Positions 10,616 through 21,826 of a stretch of DNA of 64,000 bases are shown here, in pieces. The position numbers and the translations under genes are program-made. How positions within the stretch are numbered: position 1 is the stretch's first letter; the number at the start of each line of letters is the position of its first letter. This stretch comes from a virus (lineage: Duplodnaviria; Caudoviricetes): positions 1,714 to 65,713 of the IMG/VR virus record IMGVR_UViG_3300025849_001733. One strand, 5' to 3'. Under the pieces are notes generated by a model that saw nothing but the letters and a program-made list of their open reading frames with translations, was not told the DNA's origin and ran no database searches.

Positions 10616-11447
10616 AGGTTTTTGTCTATTAGCACAAAATAATTCTAAGACAAACTATGTGCGCCAAGCATATGCTCTTGCGCTAAGTTTGCACTTGTAT
10701 AATAAAGATCAAAAAATTAGTTTAATTACTAATGACAATGTACCAGATGAATGGCAAAATGTATTTGATCAAATTATTCCTATACCATGGACTGATAGTG
10801 CAGAAGAAAGCGATTGGAAAATAGAAAACAGATGGAAAGTATATCATGCTAGTCCGTATGATGAAACTATTGTATTAGAGGCCGATATGATGTTTACTTC
10901 TGATATAACGCATTGGTGGAAAGAGCTAGAAAAAAGAGATTTATTTTTTGTAAGTAATGTACGAACTTATAGAGATGAATTAATTACAGACAGATATTAT
11001 AGAAAAACTTTTGATGCAAATAATTTACCTAACTTATATAGTGCATTGCATTATTTTAAAAAAGGTGATACAGCAAAAGAGTTTTATAACTTACTTGAGA
11101 TTATTGTAAACAATTGGGCATTATTTTATTCTAAGTATGCTCCTAACGAATATCAAAAATGGTGTAGTATAGATGTATCAGTAGCTATTGCTAGTAAAAT
11201 TTTAGGCAATGAAAATGATATAACCGATCCTAATAGTTTTGTTACTTTTACACACATGAAACCAATTGTCCAAGGTTGGTATAATAAGCCTGAAAAATGG
11301 ACAAAGGTTACAGGAAGATATTTTACTGAAGGGAAACTATTTTTAGGAAACTATCTACAAACAAGAGTGTTACACTATGTAGAAGATGAGTTTTTAACAG
11401 ATGAATTATTAAAGAAGATGGAAAATGGAACTAAAATTTTACCTTAA
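10608..11447 (+). CDS. GT-A (GT8-like) glycosyltransferase
   Basis: SPYDETIVLEADM (ExD), FTHMK, VLHYV. Confidence 0.6.
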   Translation: MNKGFCLLAQNNSKTNYVRQAYALALSLHLYNKDQKISLITNDNVPDEWQNVFDQIIPIPWTDSAEESDWKIENRWKVYHASPYDETIVLEADMMFTSDITHWWKELEKRDLFFVSNVRTYRDELITDRYYRKTFDANNLPNLYSALHYFKKGDTAKEFYNLLEIIVNNWALFYSKYAPNEYQKWCSIDVSVAIASKILGNENDITDPNSFVTFTHMKPIVQGWYNKPEKWTKVTGRYFTEGKLFLGNYLQTRVLHYVEDEFLTDELLKKMENGTKILP

Positions 11448-12003
11448 TTTTAAAGACGAAACAGGAGAGATTTGGAAAGTAACTAATGAGTTAGATACTT
11501 CTACTCCCTATCTTGAAATCGACAGACAGACAATGTTGGACTTTTCTACAGAAACAAAAAAGATGGATGACCATATGGTTATTCCGTCTAGTGATAAGAA
11601 ATTAAAATATCAAATACAATTTAAGCATAAAGACCTATCTTCTTTTGATGTAGATAAAAGTATTCATCATCTTCCAAAAGTAACTAATGTTGAAAGTAAT
11701 AACGCATTTATAATTAAACAAAACTTAAAAACGGCTACTTGGAATATAAGTTTAACTAATGAACTTAGGGAGTTATTAACAAGTACATTGTATTATAAAG
11801 ACAAACATCAAACAATTTATGTTACAAAAAAAGATAATCCGTCAGTATTGTTAGATACAATTGATGTAAAGATGTATAATATTTTGTATACAGAAAGTTT
11901 TGATATGATAGAACAAGATAAAGAGGTTGCCCAAACCTCTGATGTGAGTTTATACTGTGGTAAAGTATTCGAAAACTATTATCACATTCAGGAGACATCA
12001 TGA
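11425..12003 (+). CDS. Hypothetical protein
   Basis: 192 aa ORF overlapping both neighbours in operon. Confidence 0.65.
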   Translation: MELKFYLNFKDETGEIWKVTNELDTSTPYLEIDRQTMLDFSTETKKMDDHMVIPSSDKKLKYQIQFKHKDLSSFDVDKSIHHLPKVTNVESNNAFIIKQNLKTATWNISLTNELRELLTSTLYYKDKHQTIYVTKKDNPSVLLDTIDVKMYNILYTESFDMIEQDKEVAQTSDVSLYCGKVFENYYHIQETS

Positions 12004-12904
12004 GTATTAATGTAGTTGATCAAGACATTATCTTTTTGTCATATGACGAACCAAATGCAGAAAAGAACTATGCAGATTTGTGTAGTAAGATTCCGTGGGC
12101 AAAGCGTGTACATGGAGTAGAAGGATCAGATGCCGCACATAAAGCGTGTGCTGATCTAAGTGAAACAGAATACTTTGTTACTGTAGATGCAGACAACATT
12201 GTTGATCCAGAGTTTCTAAACCAAGTAGTTGACTACGAAGCATTAGGACTATCAGCAGAGCATGTGTTTAGTTGGTGTGGCAAGTTGCATGTTAACGGAC
12301 TAATGTACGGCAACGGCGGATTAAAAATGTGGACACGTAAGTTTGTACACAATATGAAAACGCATGAACACTCAGAAGAAGGTGACGACCGTGGTAAAGT
12401 AGAATTTTGTTTTGATGACAAGTACTATCAGTTCAATGATAACTTCAGCACTTCTTATACTAATGCAACACCGTGGCAGGCATGGCGAGCTGGATTTAGA
12501 GAAGGCGTCAAAATGAGTTTAGATCAAGGATCTAAAACAAAAGATTTACGTAAAGTGTGGTGGCAAAATTATCAACGTAAAATTATCAACGTTTGCTTAT
12601 TTGGAGTCAAGTAGGTGCAGACGTTAAAAATGGTATATGGAGTATATTAGGCGCACGACAAGGATGCTATCTAACAAACTGTACACCTTGGGACTATGCT
12701 AATGTACGTGACTTTGAATGGCTAAACAACTTTTGGGAAACAGAAGTAAAAGATATAGATCCAAATGAAACAGCTGAAAACTTAGGTTTTGAGATATTAA
12801 AAGGAACAGGAGTTGATATTTCAACCAAGCCATTAGATCCAGAACAGAGTAAATTTTTTAAGAGTGTCTATCAAAACACTCCAAGGATTATTAGAACTAG
12901 ATGA
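12000..12904 (+). pseudogene. GT-A-like glycosyltransferase frameshifted by a 14-bp tandem duplication (restored 296 aa)
   Basis: Fragments 12000..12614 and 12593..12904; FVTVDADN DxD and AWRAGFRE shared with paralog 21140; deleting one copy reads WWQNYQRLLIWSQVG. Confidence 0.7.
12565..12592. repeat. Exact 14-bp tandem duplication AAAATTATCAACGT x2
   Basis: 12565-12578 = 12579-12592. Confidence 0.95.
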
Positions 12905-14283
12905 GTAACGAACAGCGTATAAAAATACTAGAAGAAAAGCGTGAGAAAATTAACAATGTAAGTTGTTCATTCTGTACGGCTAAATGGTTACAAACTACGC
13001 TACTATTACAGAATGGTTACAATCATAGTTGTCATCATCCTGCTCCGCATAAAATTCCATTACAAGAGATAGAAGCTGATCCTGCGGCACTACATAATAG
13101 TAGACACAAAAAGAAAATGCGTAAAATGATGCTAGAAGGCAACCGCCCTAGCGAATGCGGATATTGCTGGAAGATTGAAGATTTAGATAAAGACTATTTT
13201 AGTGACAGAATTTATAAAACAAGCGACACTTGGGCGTGGGATAAATTCGAAGACATTGCTAAGAGTAACTGGCAAGACAATGTGTATCCAAGTTACTTAG
13301 AAGTTTCATTTAGTAATGCGTGTAATTTTGCGTGTGCATATTGTTCACCTGAGATTAGTAGTAAATGGATGGAAGATATAAAACAAAACGGAGAGTATCC
13401 AACTACACATGGTTCACATAATTTAGACTATTTAGAAAAGTCTGGCAAAATGCCTTACAAGAATAGAGAACATAATCCATACGTTGAGGCGTTTTGGAAA
13501 TGGTTTCCTGATGCACTACCTCATTTAAAAGTATTGCGTATTACAGGTGGCGAACCTACTATGTCAAAAGATACTTGGAAGTTATTAGACTATCTTATTG
13601 AAAATCCACGCAAGGGTTTAGACATATCAATTAACACCAACGGGTGTGTTGAAGATAAGTTAATTGACAAACTAATTTTAAAAGTTAACCAACTTGCTGA
13701 AGTAGGCGTAAAGGTTGATGTATACACTAGTTTAGAAAGTACAGGAGCACAAGCTGAATATGCTCGTGACGGCTTAGACTTTTATAAATGGCTTAAAAAT
13801 GTAGATAAAATATTAAAAGAAACTAACAGTACAGTTGCAATGATGACAACTATAAACATTTTAAGTTTGCCTTCCTTTTTAGACTTTATAATGACTGTAA
13901 TGGATTTCCGTAAAGAGTATAATAAAAGTTTTGAAGTTAACAGAATACCACTAAGTATTAATATAATGCATTGGCCACCACATTTACAGTGTACGCTGCT
14001 TGATATTGATTATCGAACAAAAACAGCAAATACAATTGAAAATGTATGTAAACAATGGTTAAAATATTATACGAAAGAAAAATACGCTAGACTTTATTTG
14101 GAAGAATTTGATCAAATACAAAGGTTATGTGATTATTTACGTAATACAGAGCCAGCAATAGAACACAGAGCTGACTTTGTAAGATACATACATGCATACG
14201 ACAAGAGAAGAGATAAAGATTTTGTAGAAACGTTTCCGCAATTTGCTAATCTAATAGAGGAATGGAATGCCGAAAAAGCCTGA
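12901..14283 (+). CDS. Radical SAM protein with N-terminal twitch-like Cys domain
   Basis: FC..KW...SCHH...EC.YCW N-terminus; CNFACAYC; TGGEP. Confidence 0.9.
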   Translation: MSNEQRIKILEEKREKINNVSCSFCTAKWLQTTLLLQNGYNHSCHHPAPHKIPLQEIEADPAALHNSRHKKKMRKMMLEGNRPSECGYCWKIEDLDKDYFSDRIYKTSDTWAWDKFEDIAKSNWQDNVYPSYLEVSFSNACNFACAYCSPEISSKWMEDIKQNGEYPTTHGSHNLDYLEKSGKMPYKNREHNPYVEAFWKWFPDALPHLKVLRITGGEPTMSKDTWKLLDYLIENPRKGLDISINTNGCVEDKLIDKLILKVNQLAEVGVKVDVYTSLESTGAQAEYARDGLDFYKWLKNVDKILKETNSTVAMMTTINILSLPSFLDFIMTVMDFRKEYNKSFEVNRIPLSINIMHWPPHLQCTLLDIDYRTKTANTIENVCKQWLKYYTKEKYARLYLEEFDQIQRLCDYLRNTEPAIEHRADFVRYIHAYDKRRDKDFVETFPQFANLIEEWNAEKA

Positions 14284-15788
14284 AGAAAATCTGCAACAAT
14301 ATCGTGATAGAGTATTAGATAGCAAAAGCAAAAGTTTTTGTGGTGCTAAATGGTACAATGCTACTACTTGGTTAGGTAGTGGAACAACAGCTAGTTGTCA
14401 TCATCCGCCAGCACATCAAATTCCGTTAGTTGAAGTACAGGATAACCCGTCTGCAATTCATAATACTAAGCATAAAAAAGAAATGCGGCGTATGATGCAA
14501 AAAGGCGAGCGTCCTAGTGAATGTGAATATTGTTGGAAAATGGAAGATATGAAAAAAGATGCTGTCAGCGACAGGACTTTTAAAAGTATTATCTATTCAG
14601 ACGAACAGTTACAGCAAGCATATGAAGCCGATGCAGACGACAATACTAATCTTAAAACGTTTGAAATTGCGTTTGACAGAACGTGTAACTTAATATGAAG
14701 CCGATGCAGACGACAATACTAATCTTAAAACGTTTGAAATTGCGTTTGACAGAACGTGTAACTTAGCATGTAGTTATTGTAATGCAAGTTTCTCAACTAC
14801 TTGGGCTAAAGACATTAAGAAGAACGGCGAGTACACAAACTTAGTAAGTGATGGTGCTGGTGCATTTAAGCAAGACGGTAGTTGGACACAGCCTTACAAA
14901 AATGATGAAGACAATCCATACATACAAGCATTTTGGAAATGGTGGGATAGCGGCTTAGCAGATAGTTTAGAAGAACTACGTGTTACAGGCGGTGAGCCTT
15001 TGATGAGCGGAAACACTTGGAAGTTATTTGATTGGTTTAATGAGCAAGAAACTGATATGCGATTTGCTATTAATAGTAATTTAATTGCTAAAGATGACAT
15101 TATTGATAAGTTAATTCTAAAAACTCAAGGTATGAAACATTTTGACTTGTATACTAGTTGCGAAGCAACCGGCGCACAAGCAGAATACATTCGTGACGGT
15201 TTAGATTATGAACAGTGGCTTAGAAATATTAAGCGTATGTTAGTAGAAGGTAACTGTAATGGTATTAACATTATGATGACCATTAATAGCTTGTGCTTGT
15301 TTAGTATTACTGATTTTTTAGATGAAGTGTATAAACTAAAAGAACTTACACAAAGCAGAACACCAACAGTAAGTTTAAATTTATTACGTTTTCCAAGTTT
15401 TCAAAGTCCATTAGCACTACCTAACCATATTAAAGATTATTTGCATAATCAATTTAGTACATGGTGGGAGGCGCACAAAGATGATATTGGTTGGCACGAG
15501 TTTGAAAAGGCAAGTATTGAACGTTTAATAGATTACTTAGTTACAGTAGATGCTCCGCATAGGCGCACAAGTAATCCTACTACGCTATGGCGTGACTTTA
15601 AAACATTCTACCAACAGTATGATGTACGTAGAAACAAAAGTCTAAGTGTATTTCCTAAAATACTAACAGACTGGGTTGAAAGTATTCCAGACACTGATGC
15701 AAGTATTATGGAACTTGCTGAAAAAGAAGGGTGGATATTGAAACCCGACTCGAGGAATATTGATGATCCACTTGCGTCCTACGATTAA
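14267..15788 (+). pseudogene. N-twitch radical SAM protein frameshifted by a 73-bp tandem duplication (restored 482 aa)
   Basis: Fragments 14267..14698 and ..15788; after second copy reads DRTCNLACSYC then TGGEPL; close paralog of 12901. Confidence 0.85.
14620..14765. repeat. Exact 73-bp tandem duplication
   Basis: 14620-14692 = 14693-14765 (ATATGAAGCCG...ACGTGTAACTTA). Confidence 0.95.
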
Positions 15789-17118
15789 TTTATATTATGA
15801 TAAAATTATAGACAATATGCCAGTTCCTAACGGCGTAAGTTCTTATAGATTTAGTAACGATATTCATAGAACTCCTATAAGTAAATCTAAAACAGCACCA
15901 ATTAATGCTATTACAGTATTATTTAATACATTAAAAGTATTAAACGTAGAACGGGTTAATCTATTCTCGGGCGGCGAAAAGGCAAAGAATTTATTTTATC
16001 CTTTAGAATTAAGTAGAGGCACTTCTTGGTATAATGCTGAATTTGAAGATTACATTCCTAGTAAATCTTTAAATAGGATTAGAAAAGGAAAAATGAAATT
16101 ATTAATTTTCGCACCAACTCTGTCTTATGATTTTAATGTTATGTGGAAACTACGAACAAAACTCGATACATTAGGTAGCAAGGGTGTTACACGAGATAAG
16201 ATTTATATTGTATTAGGCGATGTAAGTAGATCCTATAGAAAATGCTTTGACAATCCAAATGTATATGGTATTGATTGGTGGCAAATATATGCACAATTAG
16301 CATACAAAAGTAGATATGGTGAAGAAGATTATTTCTGGGTTTTTAGAAACCCAACATTTTTAAAATTAAATGAAGATCAATTTGAAAAAGAAAACTTTAA
16401 ATTTGAAAATTGGAAACCTAAGCACATATTTACAGCTCTTACCGGAAATACAGCATTACACAATACAGCATTTATTAGTGAACTAATATATAGAGAGCTT
16501 GATTCTTACGGAGAATATAGTTATAACTTGTCTAATAACTTAAAACCTAAAAGTTATGATAATTTTAGAATAATTGATAAAAATCAAAGCATTGAATACA
16601 TTAATAAAAAGAAGGAAATAATTAATAGTTTAATATTTAAGAAATGCCTTGATAGCACATTAGATGCAATTAATAGACGTCCATTAGATTTTAATAAAAA
16701 GTATTATGAAGACAGCCTTATAACAGTTGTTAGTGGTTCTTTTTCGCCCATGTTTAACAAACAATACTTAGATGAAATTAATGTGTGTGCTCCGGGTCTA
16801 GGTATTTGGAGACAAATAGCCAAAGGGCACCCATTCATGGCGCTCGGATGTTTAAATACAATGGGACATGTAAGCGGTGAAGGATACTTTCTTCCTACAC
16901 CAATTACTAACCACTTTTATGATAGAGTTTCAAAGACTCCTAATAAAGTTAGTTTAATGTGTGATAATCTAAGTAATATGGCACAGTTAAGTGAAAGAGA
17001 AATACAAGATAAAGTAGAAGAATTAATACCTTATATGGATAGAAATAAACAGAAGTTTTTTAATATGAAACATGGACGAAAATTTGAAAAACTCTTTAGT
17101 GAGATGAAATATGAATGA
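15760..17118 (+). CDS. Hypothetical protein (possibly remote glycosyltransferase-like)
   Basis: 452 aa in operon; C-terminal GHPFM..G...GY...FYD pattern; no firm motif. Confidence 0.55.
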   Translation: MMIHLRPTINLYYDKIIDNMPVPNGVSSYRFSNDIHRTPISKSKTAPINAITVLFNTLKVLNVERVNLFSGGEKAKNLFYPLELSRGTSWYNAEFEDYIPSKSLNRIRKGKMKLLIFAPTLSYDFNVMWKLRTKLDTLGSKGVTRDKIYIVLGDVSRSYRKCFDNPNVYGIDWWQIYAQLAYKSRYGEEDYFWVFRNPTFLKLNEDQFEKENFKFENWKPKHIFTALTGNTALHNTAFISELIYRELDSYGEYSYNLSNNLKPKSYDNFRIIDKNQSIEYINKKKEIINSLIFKKCLDSTLDAINRRPLDFNKKYYEDSLITVVSGSFSPMFNKQYLDEINVCAPGLGIWRQIAKGHPFMALGCLNTMGHVSGEGYFLPTPITNHFYDRVSKTPNKVSLMCDNLSNMAQLSEREIQDKVEELIPYMDRNKQKFFNMKHGRKFEKLFSEMKYE

Positions 17119-18382
17119 TGATTTAAAAAATAGCCCTAATTTTTGTGTTGCACCTTGGATGCACTTGCATGTTATCAATGACGGAAGATCTTTTGCATGT
17201 TGTCAAACTCCGTTGCGTGAAGAAAATAGTTTTGGAAATGTTAAACATGAAAAATTAATAGATATTGTTAATAGTCCTAAAGCTAAGAAAATGCGAAAGG
17301 ATATGTTAGATGGCAAGCCTTTACCTAGTGCTTGTGAACGATGTGTTTCAAAACAACAAAATAATCTGAATACTATGCGTACTGGATTAAATTCTAAATG
17401 GTTTGATGAAACAAAAGATTTAATTGCAAAAACATCTGAAGATGGTACACTTTCAGAATTACAGTTAAAGTATTGGGATTTTAGATTTAGTAATTATTGT
17501 AACCTTGCATGTACAACATGTTCGCCTTTGTTTAGTACACAGTGGTCAAAGGATTTTCAAAAATTACATCCTGGTGCAGACAAGTACAGTGAAACTCAAC
17601 TTATTGATCTAAAAGAAGCAAATGTATTTTGGGGAGACATTGAAGAAAATCTTGACACTATGAAAGAAATTCATTTTGCAGGTGGCGAGCCCTTGATTAT
17701 GCCTGAGCATTGGCGCATTCTTAAAATGCTAGACGAAAAACAAAAATACGACATTGCGTTACGTTACAGTACGAACGGCACAACACTTGGTACAAAAAAG
17801 CAAGACGTAATGGAAATGTGGAAGAAATTTGATTATGTTCATCTAAGTATAAGTATCGACGGCGAAGGAGATGCTTTTGAACATATACGTTATAAAGGTA
17901 AATGGGATCAAACACTAGAAAATCTTAAAAAGATTAGAGCTAGTCGTGCTGTTGATTATTGGTTTCATCCTACTGTTAGTATACTTAATATATTTAGACT
18001 TACTGAACTACATCATGAATTGCACATAAACGATTTAATGCCTTTAGAATCAGTTCATCCACATCGTGGATTTTTTATGGAAAACTATTGGGTTGACAGA
18101 TTCCATATTAACCCTTTGTTTACTCCTGAGTATTATAGTATTACTGTATTACCTGAATTATTAAAAGAGCAAGCAGCTGACAAGATTACAAAATATGGTA
18201 AGAAGTTAGAAGCTGATACAGGAATACCATTCAGTGGTTGGCAAAATATTATAGACTTTATGTATCAACATGATAATAGTTATCTATGGAAACAGTTTAA
18301 ATGGAAATCAAAGCAGATAGATGATATTAGAGGTACTGATGTTTTTGCTTTAAACCCGGAACTTAATAATGCCCCTTCGTAG
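17111..18382 (+). CDS. Radical SAM protein with N-terminal twitch-like domain
   Basis: FCVAPW...ACC...ACERC; CNLACTTC; FAGGEPL. Confidence 0.9.
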   Translation: MNDDLKNSPNFCVAPWMHLHVINDGRSFACCQTPLREENSFGNVKHEKLIDIVNSPKAKKMRKDMLDGKPLPSACERCVSKQQNNLNTMRTGLNSKWFDETKDLIAKTSEDGTLSELQLKYWDFRFSNYCNLACTTCSPLFSTQWSKDFQKLHPGADKYSETQLIDLKEANVFWGDIEENLDTMKEIHFAGGEPLIMPEHWRILKMLDEKQKYDIALRYSTNGTTLGTKKQDVMEMWKKFDYVHLSISIDGEGDAFEHIRYKGKWDQTLENLKKIRASRAVDYWFHPTVSILNIFRLTELHHELHINDLMPLESVHPHRGFFMENYWVDRFHINPLFTPEYYSITVLPELLKEQAADKITKYGKKLEADTGIPFSGWQNIIDFMYQHDNSYLWKQFKWKSKQIDDIRGTDVFALNPELNNAPS

Positions 18383-19199
18383 ACAACAATTAAAACCTTA
18401 TACAAAGCTAATGCCTTCTAAGGTTAAGTGTATTGAAGACTTAATACCTTTTGGGTTTTTTAGCGAAAAAAGTTATAATATTAGATTTAAAGATGGTGTC
18501 GACTCTGTTACGATAGATACTGTTCAAGATTCTGAGCTTGCCGGTTTTAAAAAAGATCCGTGGTCTTATAACATAGGACAATATAACTTTAGGAATAATT
18601 GGGATCTAACATCTAACAAACAAAATATAGGTTTTTTTGGTTGTAGTTTTACATTTGGCGAAGGAATAAAACAAGAAGATACTTTTGTAGACGTTGTAAG
18701 TAAAGAATTAAATTTAAATCCGTTTAATTTTGGTTCTGCAGGTATCGGAGTTGAACGTGTTGCAAGATTATTTAGCGCAGCAACTTCGTTAATAGACTTT
18801 GAATATGCTGTTGTTACTTTGCCTGGGTGGCACAGACAATTACATATGGATTCGTATGGAACTATGATAAACTTAATACCGAATTATCCGCATAACGGTT
18901 TTGAAAAAATGTCTAACTTGTTAACATCATTAGATGAAGACTACTATATTGTAAGAGCAGCAACATCTATAAACTGGATATATGATATAGCAAAATATAA
19001 AGGAATAAAACTAATTTTGTCAAGTTGGGACCACCCACAAAATGAATTTTGTCAAGAAGCATTTCCTAATAACACTATAGACCCCTTTCCAAATATTGAT
19101 GACAAGTGTGCAAGAGATAAAATGCACCCAGGTCCAAAGTCTCAGGCGGCACATGCAGAGCAAATTATAAAGGCATTCCATGATAGAGCTTGGGTTTAG
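18369..19199 (+). CDS. SGNH/GDSL-like hydrolase or acyltransferase
   Basis: FFGCSFTFGEG block I and C-terminal RDKMHPG (DxxH). Confidence 0.6.
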   Translation: MPLRRQQLKPYTKLMPSKVKCIEDLIPFGFFSEKSYNIRFKDGVDSVTIDTVQDSELAGFKKDPWSYNIGQYNFRNNWDLTSNKQNIGFFGCSFTFGEGIKQEDTFVDVVSKELNLNPFNFGSAGIGVERVARLFSAATSLIDFEYAVVTLPGWHRQLHMDSYGTMINLIPNYPHNGFEKMSNLLTSLDEDYYIVRAATSINWIYDIAKYKGIKLILSSWDHPQNEFCQEAFPNNTIDPFPNIDDKCARDKMHPGPKSQAAHAEQIIKAFHDRAWV

Positions 19200-20145
19200 A
19201 AATATCAAAGATGAAGTGAAACATATTCATATCAAACCAGACGATAGTGAGTTAGCAAACGTATGGTTAGCACAATTTGATAGGCTACTAGAAACACATC
19301 AAAAAAAGATATTTCAAAAAAATTTTAGTTTGTTAGGAGTTCATAACGACTATCGAACAGTAGAACATATTTGTGATGACTTAGACAGAAGCATTGCAAC
19401 TATAAATTATTATTCAGACTATAAAATTACAGATAACTTTGATGCATTGCGTTATAGTTGTGATCAAGAGTTATTAAACGTACTTCATCATCATTTTGAA
19501 ACAGCACAAGGGCAACTTTGGAACCCTAGTAGTGTACTAGCAAATGCTAACGGAAAAACTAGATTGGCAATTTGTTATTTAAATCATTGCTGTCACGAAC
19601 TTGAGGCATGGTACGAAACAACAGCTATAGAAGCAGACGGATATCGGAATGGTTACTTTTATTATAATCTACTAGGCATACAGGAACGCATTGAATTAGA
19701 TCCAAAGTTTAAAAAGCAATTTACTAAAGATGTTGAAGACGGTATGGTATATTTGCATTACGCACAAACAGGTAAAACTTGGTACGAAGCATATCTTGAT
19801 AATGATGATGTAGTCACAGCAGATGGTATTTCCGAACATCGTGTAATTAGCGGTGAATTTAATTTTTACTTTGGTACAGGATATGAACTACCATCAGACG
19901 ATAAGTTTACAAGTTGGTTAGAGTCAAAGGGTGTTGATCCTAAAGATGAACAACTAGCACTTGGATATGCTCCAGTTGGAAAAATACAAAACTTACCTGA
20001 CTTAGAAGCACGAGAGTTCTTTAAAGAGTATACAGATTTTTATAGTATTGAGTACAATAACAAAAGAATAGAATATGATTTTAGACACAACGATGAACAT
20101 TATGTTAATCTTCTTACAGATATATGGGACAAGTGGGGACAATGA
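19180..20145 (+). CDS. Hypothetical protein, His-rich motifs
   Basis: 321 aa; LHHHFE and NHCCHELE suggest metal binding. Confidence 0.6.
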   Translation: MIELGFRNIKDEVKHIHIKPDDSELANVWLAQFDRLLETHQKKIFQKNFSLLGVHNDYRTVEHICDDLDRSIATINYYSDYKITDNFDALRYSCDQELLNVLHHHFETAQGQLWNPSSVLANANGKTRLAICYLNHCCHELEAWYETTAIEADGYRNGYFYYNLLGIQERIELDPKFKKQFTKDVEDGMVYLHYAQTGKTWYEAYLDNDDVVTADGISEHRVISGEFNFYFGTGYELPSDDKFTSWLESKGVDPKDEQLALGYAPVGKIQNLPDLEAREFFKEYTDFYSIEYNNKRIEYDFRHNDEHYVNLLTDIWDKWGQ

Positions 20146-21119
20146 GCGTACCTGATTTAGAACGTGCAGTAGTCGAAGTATTTGGCGGCTGTAATTACAA
20201 ATGTCAAATGTGTCCACAGACTATTGGAAGAGGTAAAGAGTGGACTCGTAAGATGCCGTTTGAAATGTTTGAAAACATTTTAGATCAGTTACCTGGTAAG
20301 CCTGTGATCAACTTAGAAGGATCAGGCGAGCCAACAATGGCAAAGGACTTACCACGTTATATTGAAGCGTGTACCAAGCGCGGCTTGCCTAGTTTTATGT
20401 ACAGCAACGGAAGTTTCTTTAGCGGACACTTTATGCAGGACTGTATTGATGCAGGACTTAGTTTTGCAAGATTTAGTTGTATAGGCTATGACAAAGAAAA
20501 ATATAAAGAATGGATGGCCGTTGATAATTTTGAACTACTAAAAACAAATGTAATCAAAGCAAAACAGTATATCAAAGAAACTAACAGTAAGTGCGAAATA
20601 AGCAGTTACCATTTAATATTAGATAACAATCAAATTGAATACGAAGTTGATCAATACAGAAATAACTTTATAGGTCCTACAGGTACAATAGGATACATAT
20701 GGAAAATGCACAACTGGAGCGGCAACTACCAACCATTGTATGTACGTGACCCTAGTAAGCGTAGAACATGCGGCAGACCATTTGCTCCAGAGATTACAAT
20801 ACGTTCAGGAGGCATTGGAGGATTAAAAGGTGCTGTAACTCCTTGCTGTCAAACAATGGGACCACCTAATGAAAGTAAAAGTGTACTAGGACATACACAA
20901 GTACAAACTATAGAAGAAATATGGTACGGAGACGAATACAACAAACTTCGTAAAGCACATGAAATGAAAGACTTTGATAGTATAGACTATTGTAAAAATT
21001 GTGATTTTTTATATGAAGATCCTGAAGTACTAGTTTGGAGCAACGACAAAAAAGCAAGTACAGATCATATGTTAGGTACAAACTTTAGTTTACGTGATTT
21101 TATGGTTGACAAAAAATAA
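20142..21119 (+). CDS. Radical SAM protein with C-terminal SPASM/twitch domain
   Basis: CNYKCQMC; GSGEP; CGRPF...PCC...CKNC; start at ATGA overlap (MSVPDL). Confidence 0.9.
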   Translation: MSVPDLERAVVEVFGGCNYKCQMCPQTIGRGKEWTRKMPFEMFENILDQLPGKPVINLEGSGEPTMAKDLPRYIEACTKRGLPSFMYSNGSFFSGHFMQDCIDAGLSFARFSCIGYDKEKYKEWMAVDNFELLKTNVIKAKQYIKETNSKCEISSYHLILDNNQIEYEVDQYRNNFIGPTGTIGYIWKMHNWSGNYQPLYVRDPSKRRTCGRPFAPEITIRSGGIGGLKGAVTPCCQTMGPPNESKSVLGHTQVQTIEEIWYGDEYNKLRKAHEMKDFDSIDYCKNCDFLYEDPEVLVWSNDKKASTDHMLGTNFSLRDFMVDKK

Positions 21120-21133
21120 AAAGGTAGTATAAT
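21106..21133 (+). promoter_or_regulatory. sigma70 promoter TTGACA-16-TATAAT, ATG 6 nt downstream (likely leaderless)
   Basis: TTGACA 21106-21111, TATAAT 21128-21133, ATG 21140. Confidence 0.7.
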
Positions 21134-21139
21134 AGTAGC

Positions 21140-21826
21140 ATGTATGATATTGTCTTCATAAGTTATAATGAAACAAACGCAGACGAAAATTGGCAACAAC
21201 TAAAGTCAAGATTTCCTAGAGCAAAACGTGTTGACGGTGTTAAAGGTATACATCAGGCGCACATTGTTGCTGCTAAGAAATGTTTTACTAAAATGTTTTG
21301 GGTAGTTGATGCTGATGCACAGATACTTGATACATTTAATTTTGATTATAAAGTTGATGAGTATGATTTAGAAACTGTGCATGTATGGCGTAGTAGCAAT
21401 CCTATTAATGGTTTAGTTTATGGTTACGGAGGTGTAAAACTACTTCCGAGGAAACTTACAATAAATATGGATCTTACTAAGACAGATATGACTACTAGTA
21501 TTAGTACATATTTTAAAGCCATGCCAGACATATCAAATGTTACAGCATTTAACACAAGTGAGTTTGAAGCCTGGAAGGGTGCATTTAGAGAATGCACTAA
21601 ATTAGCAAGTAAAACAATACAAGGACAAAATGATGAAGAAACAGAACAAAGACTTAAGACCTGGTGCGAACTGGGATCAGATTCACTGTTTGGAAAATAC
21701 GCTATTCGTGGTGCTTGCAATGGCCGCGACTTTGGTTATAGTGCTATCAATTCACCAGATAAGTTAAAATTAATTAACGACTTCGATTGGTTATATGAAC
21801 AATTTTCAAAACATACCCTGGGATAA
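21140..21826 (+). CDS. GT-A-like glycosyltransferase (paralog of 12000)
   Basis: FISYNE...WVVDAD...YGYGGVK...AWKGAFRE. Confidence 0.65.
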   Translation: MYDIVFISYNETNADENWQQLKSRFPRAKRVDGVKGIHQAHIVAAKKCFTKMFWVVDADAQILDTFNFDYKVDEYDLETVHVWRSSNPINGLVYGYGGVKLLPRKLTINMDLTKTDMTTSISTYFKAMPDISNVTAFNTSEFEAWKGAFRECTKLASKTIQGQNDEETEQRLKTWCELGSDSLFGKYAIRGACNGRDFGYSAINSPDKLKLINDFDWLYEQFSKHTLG

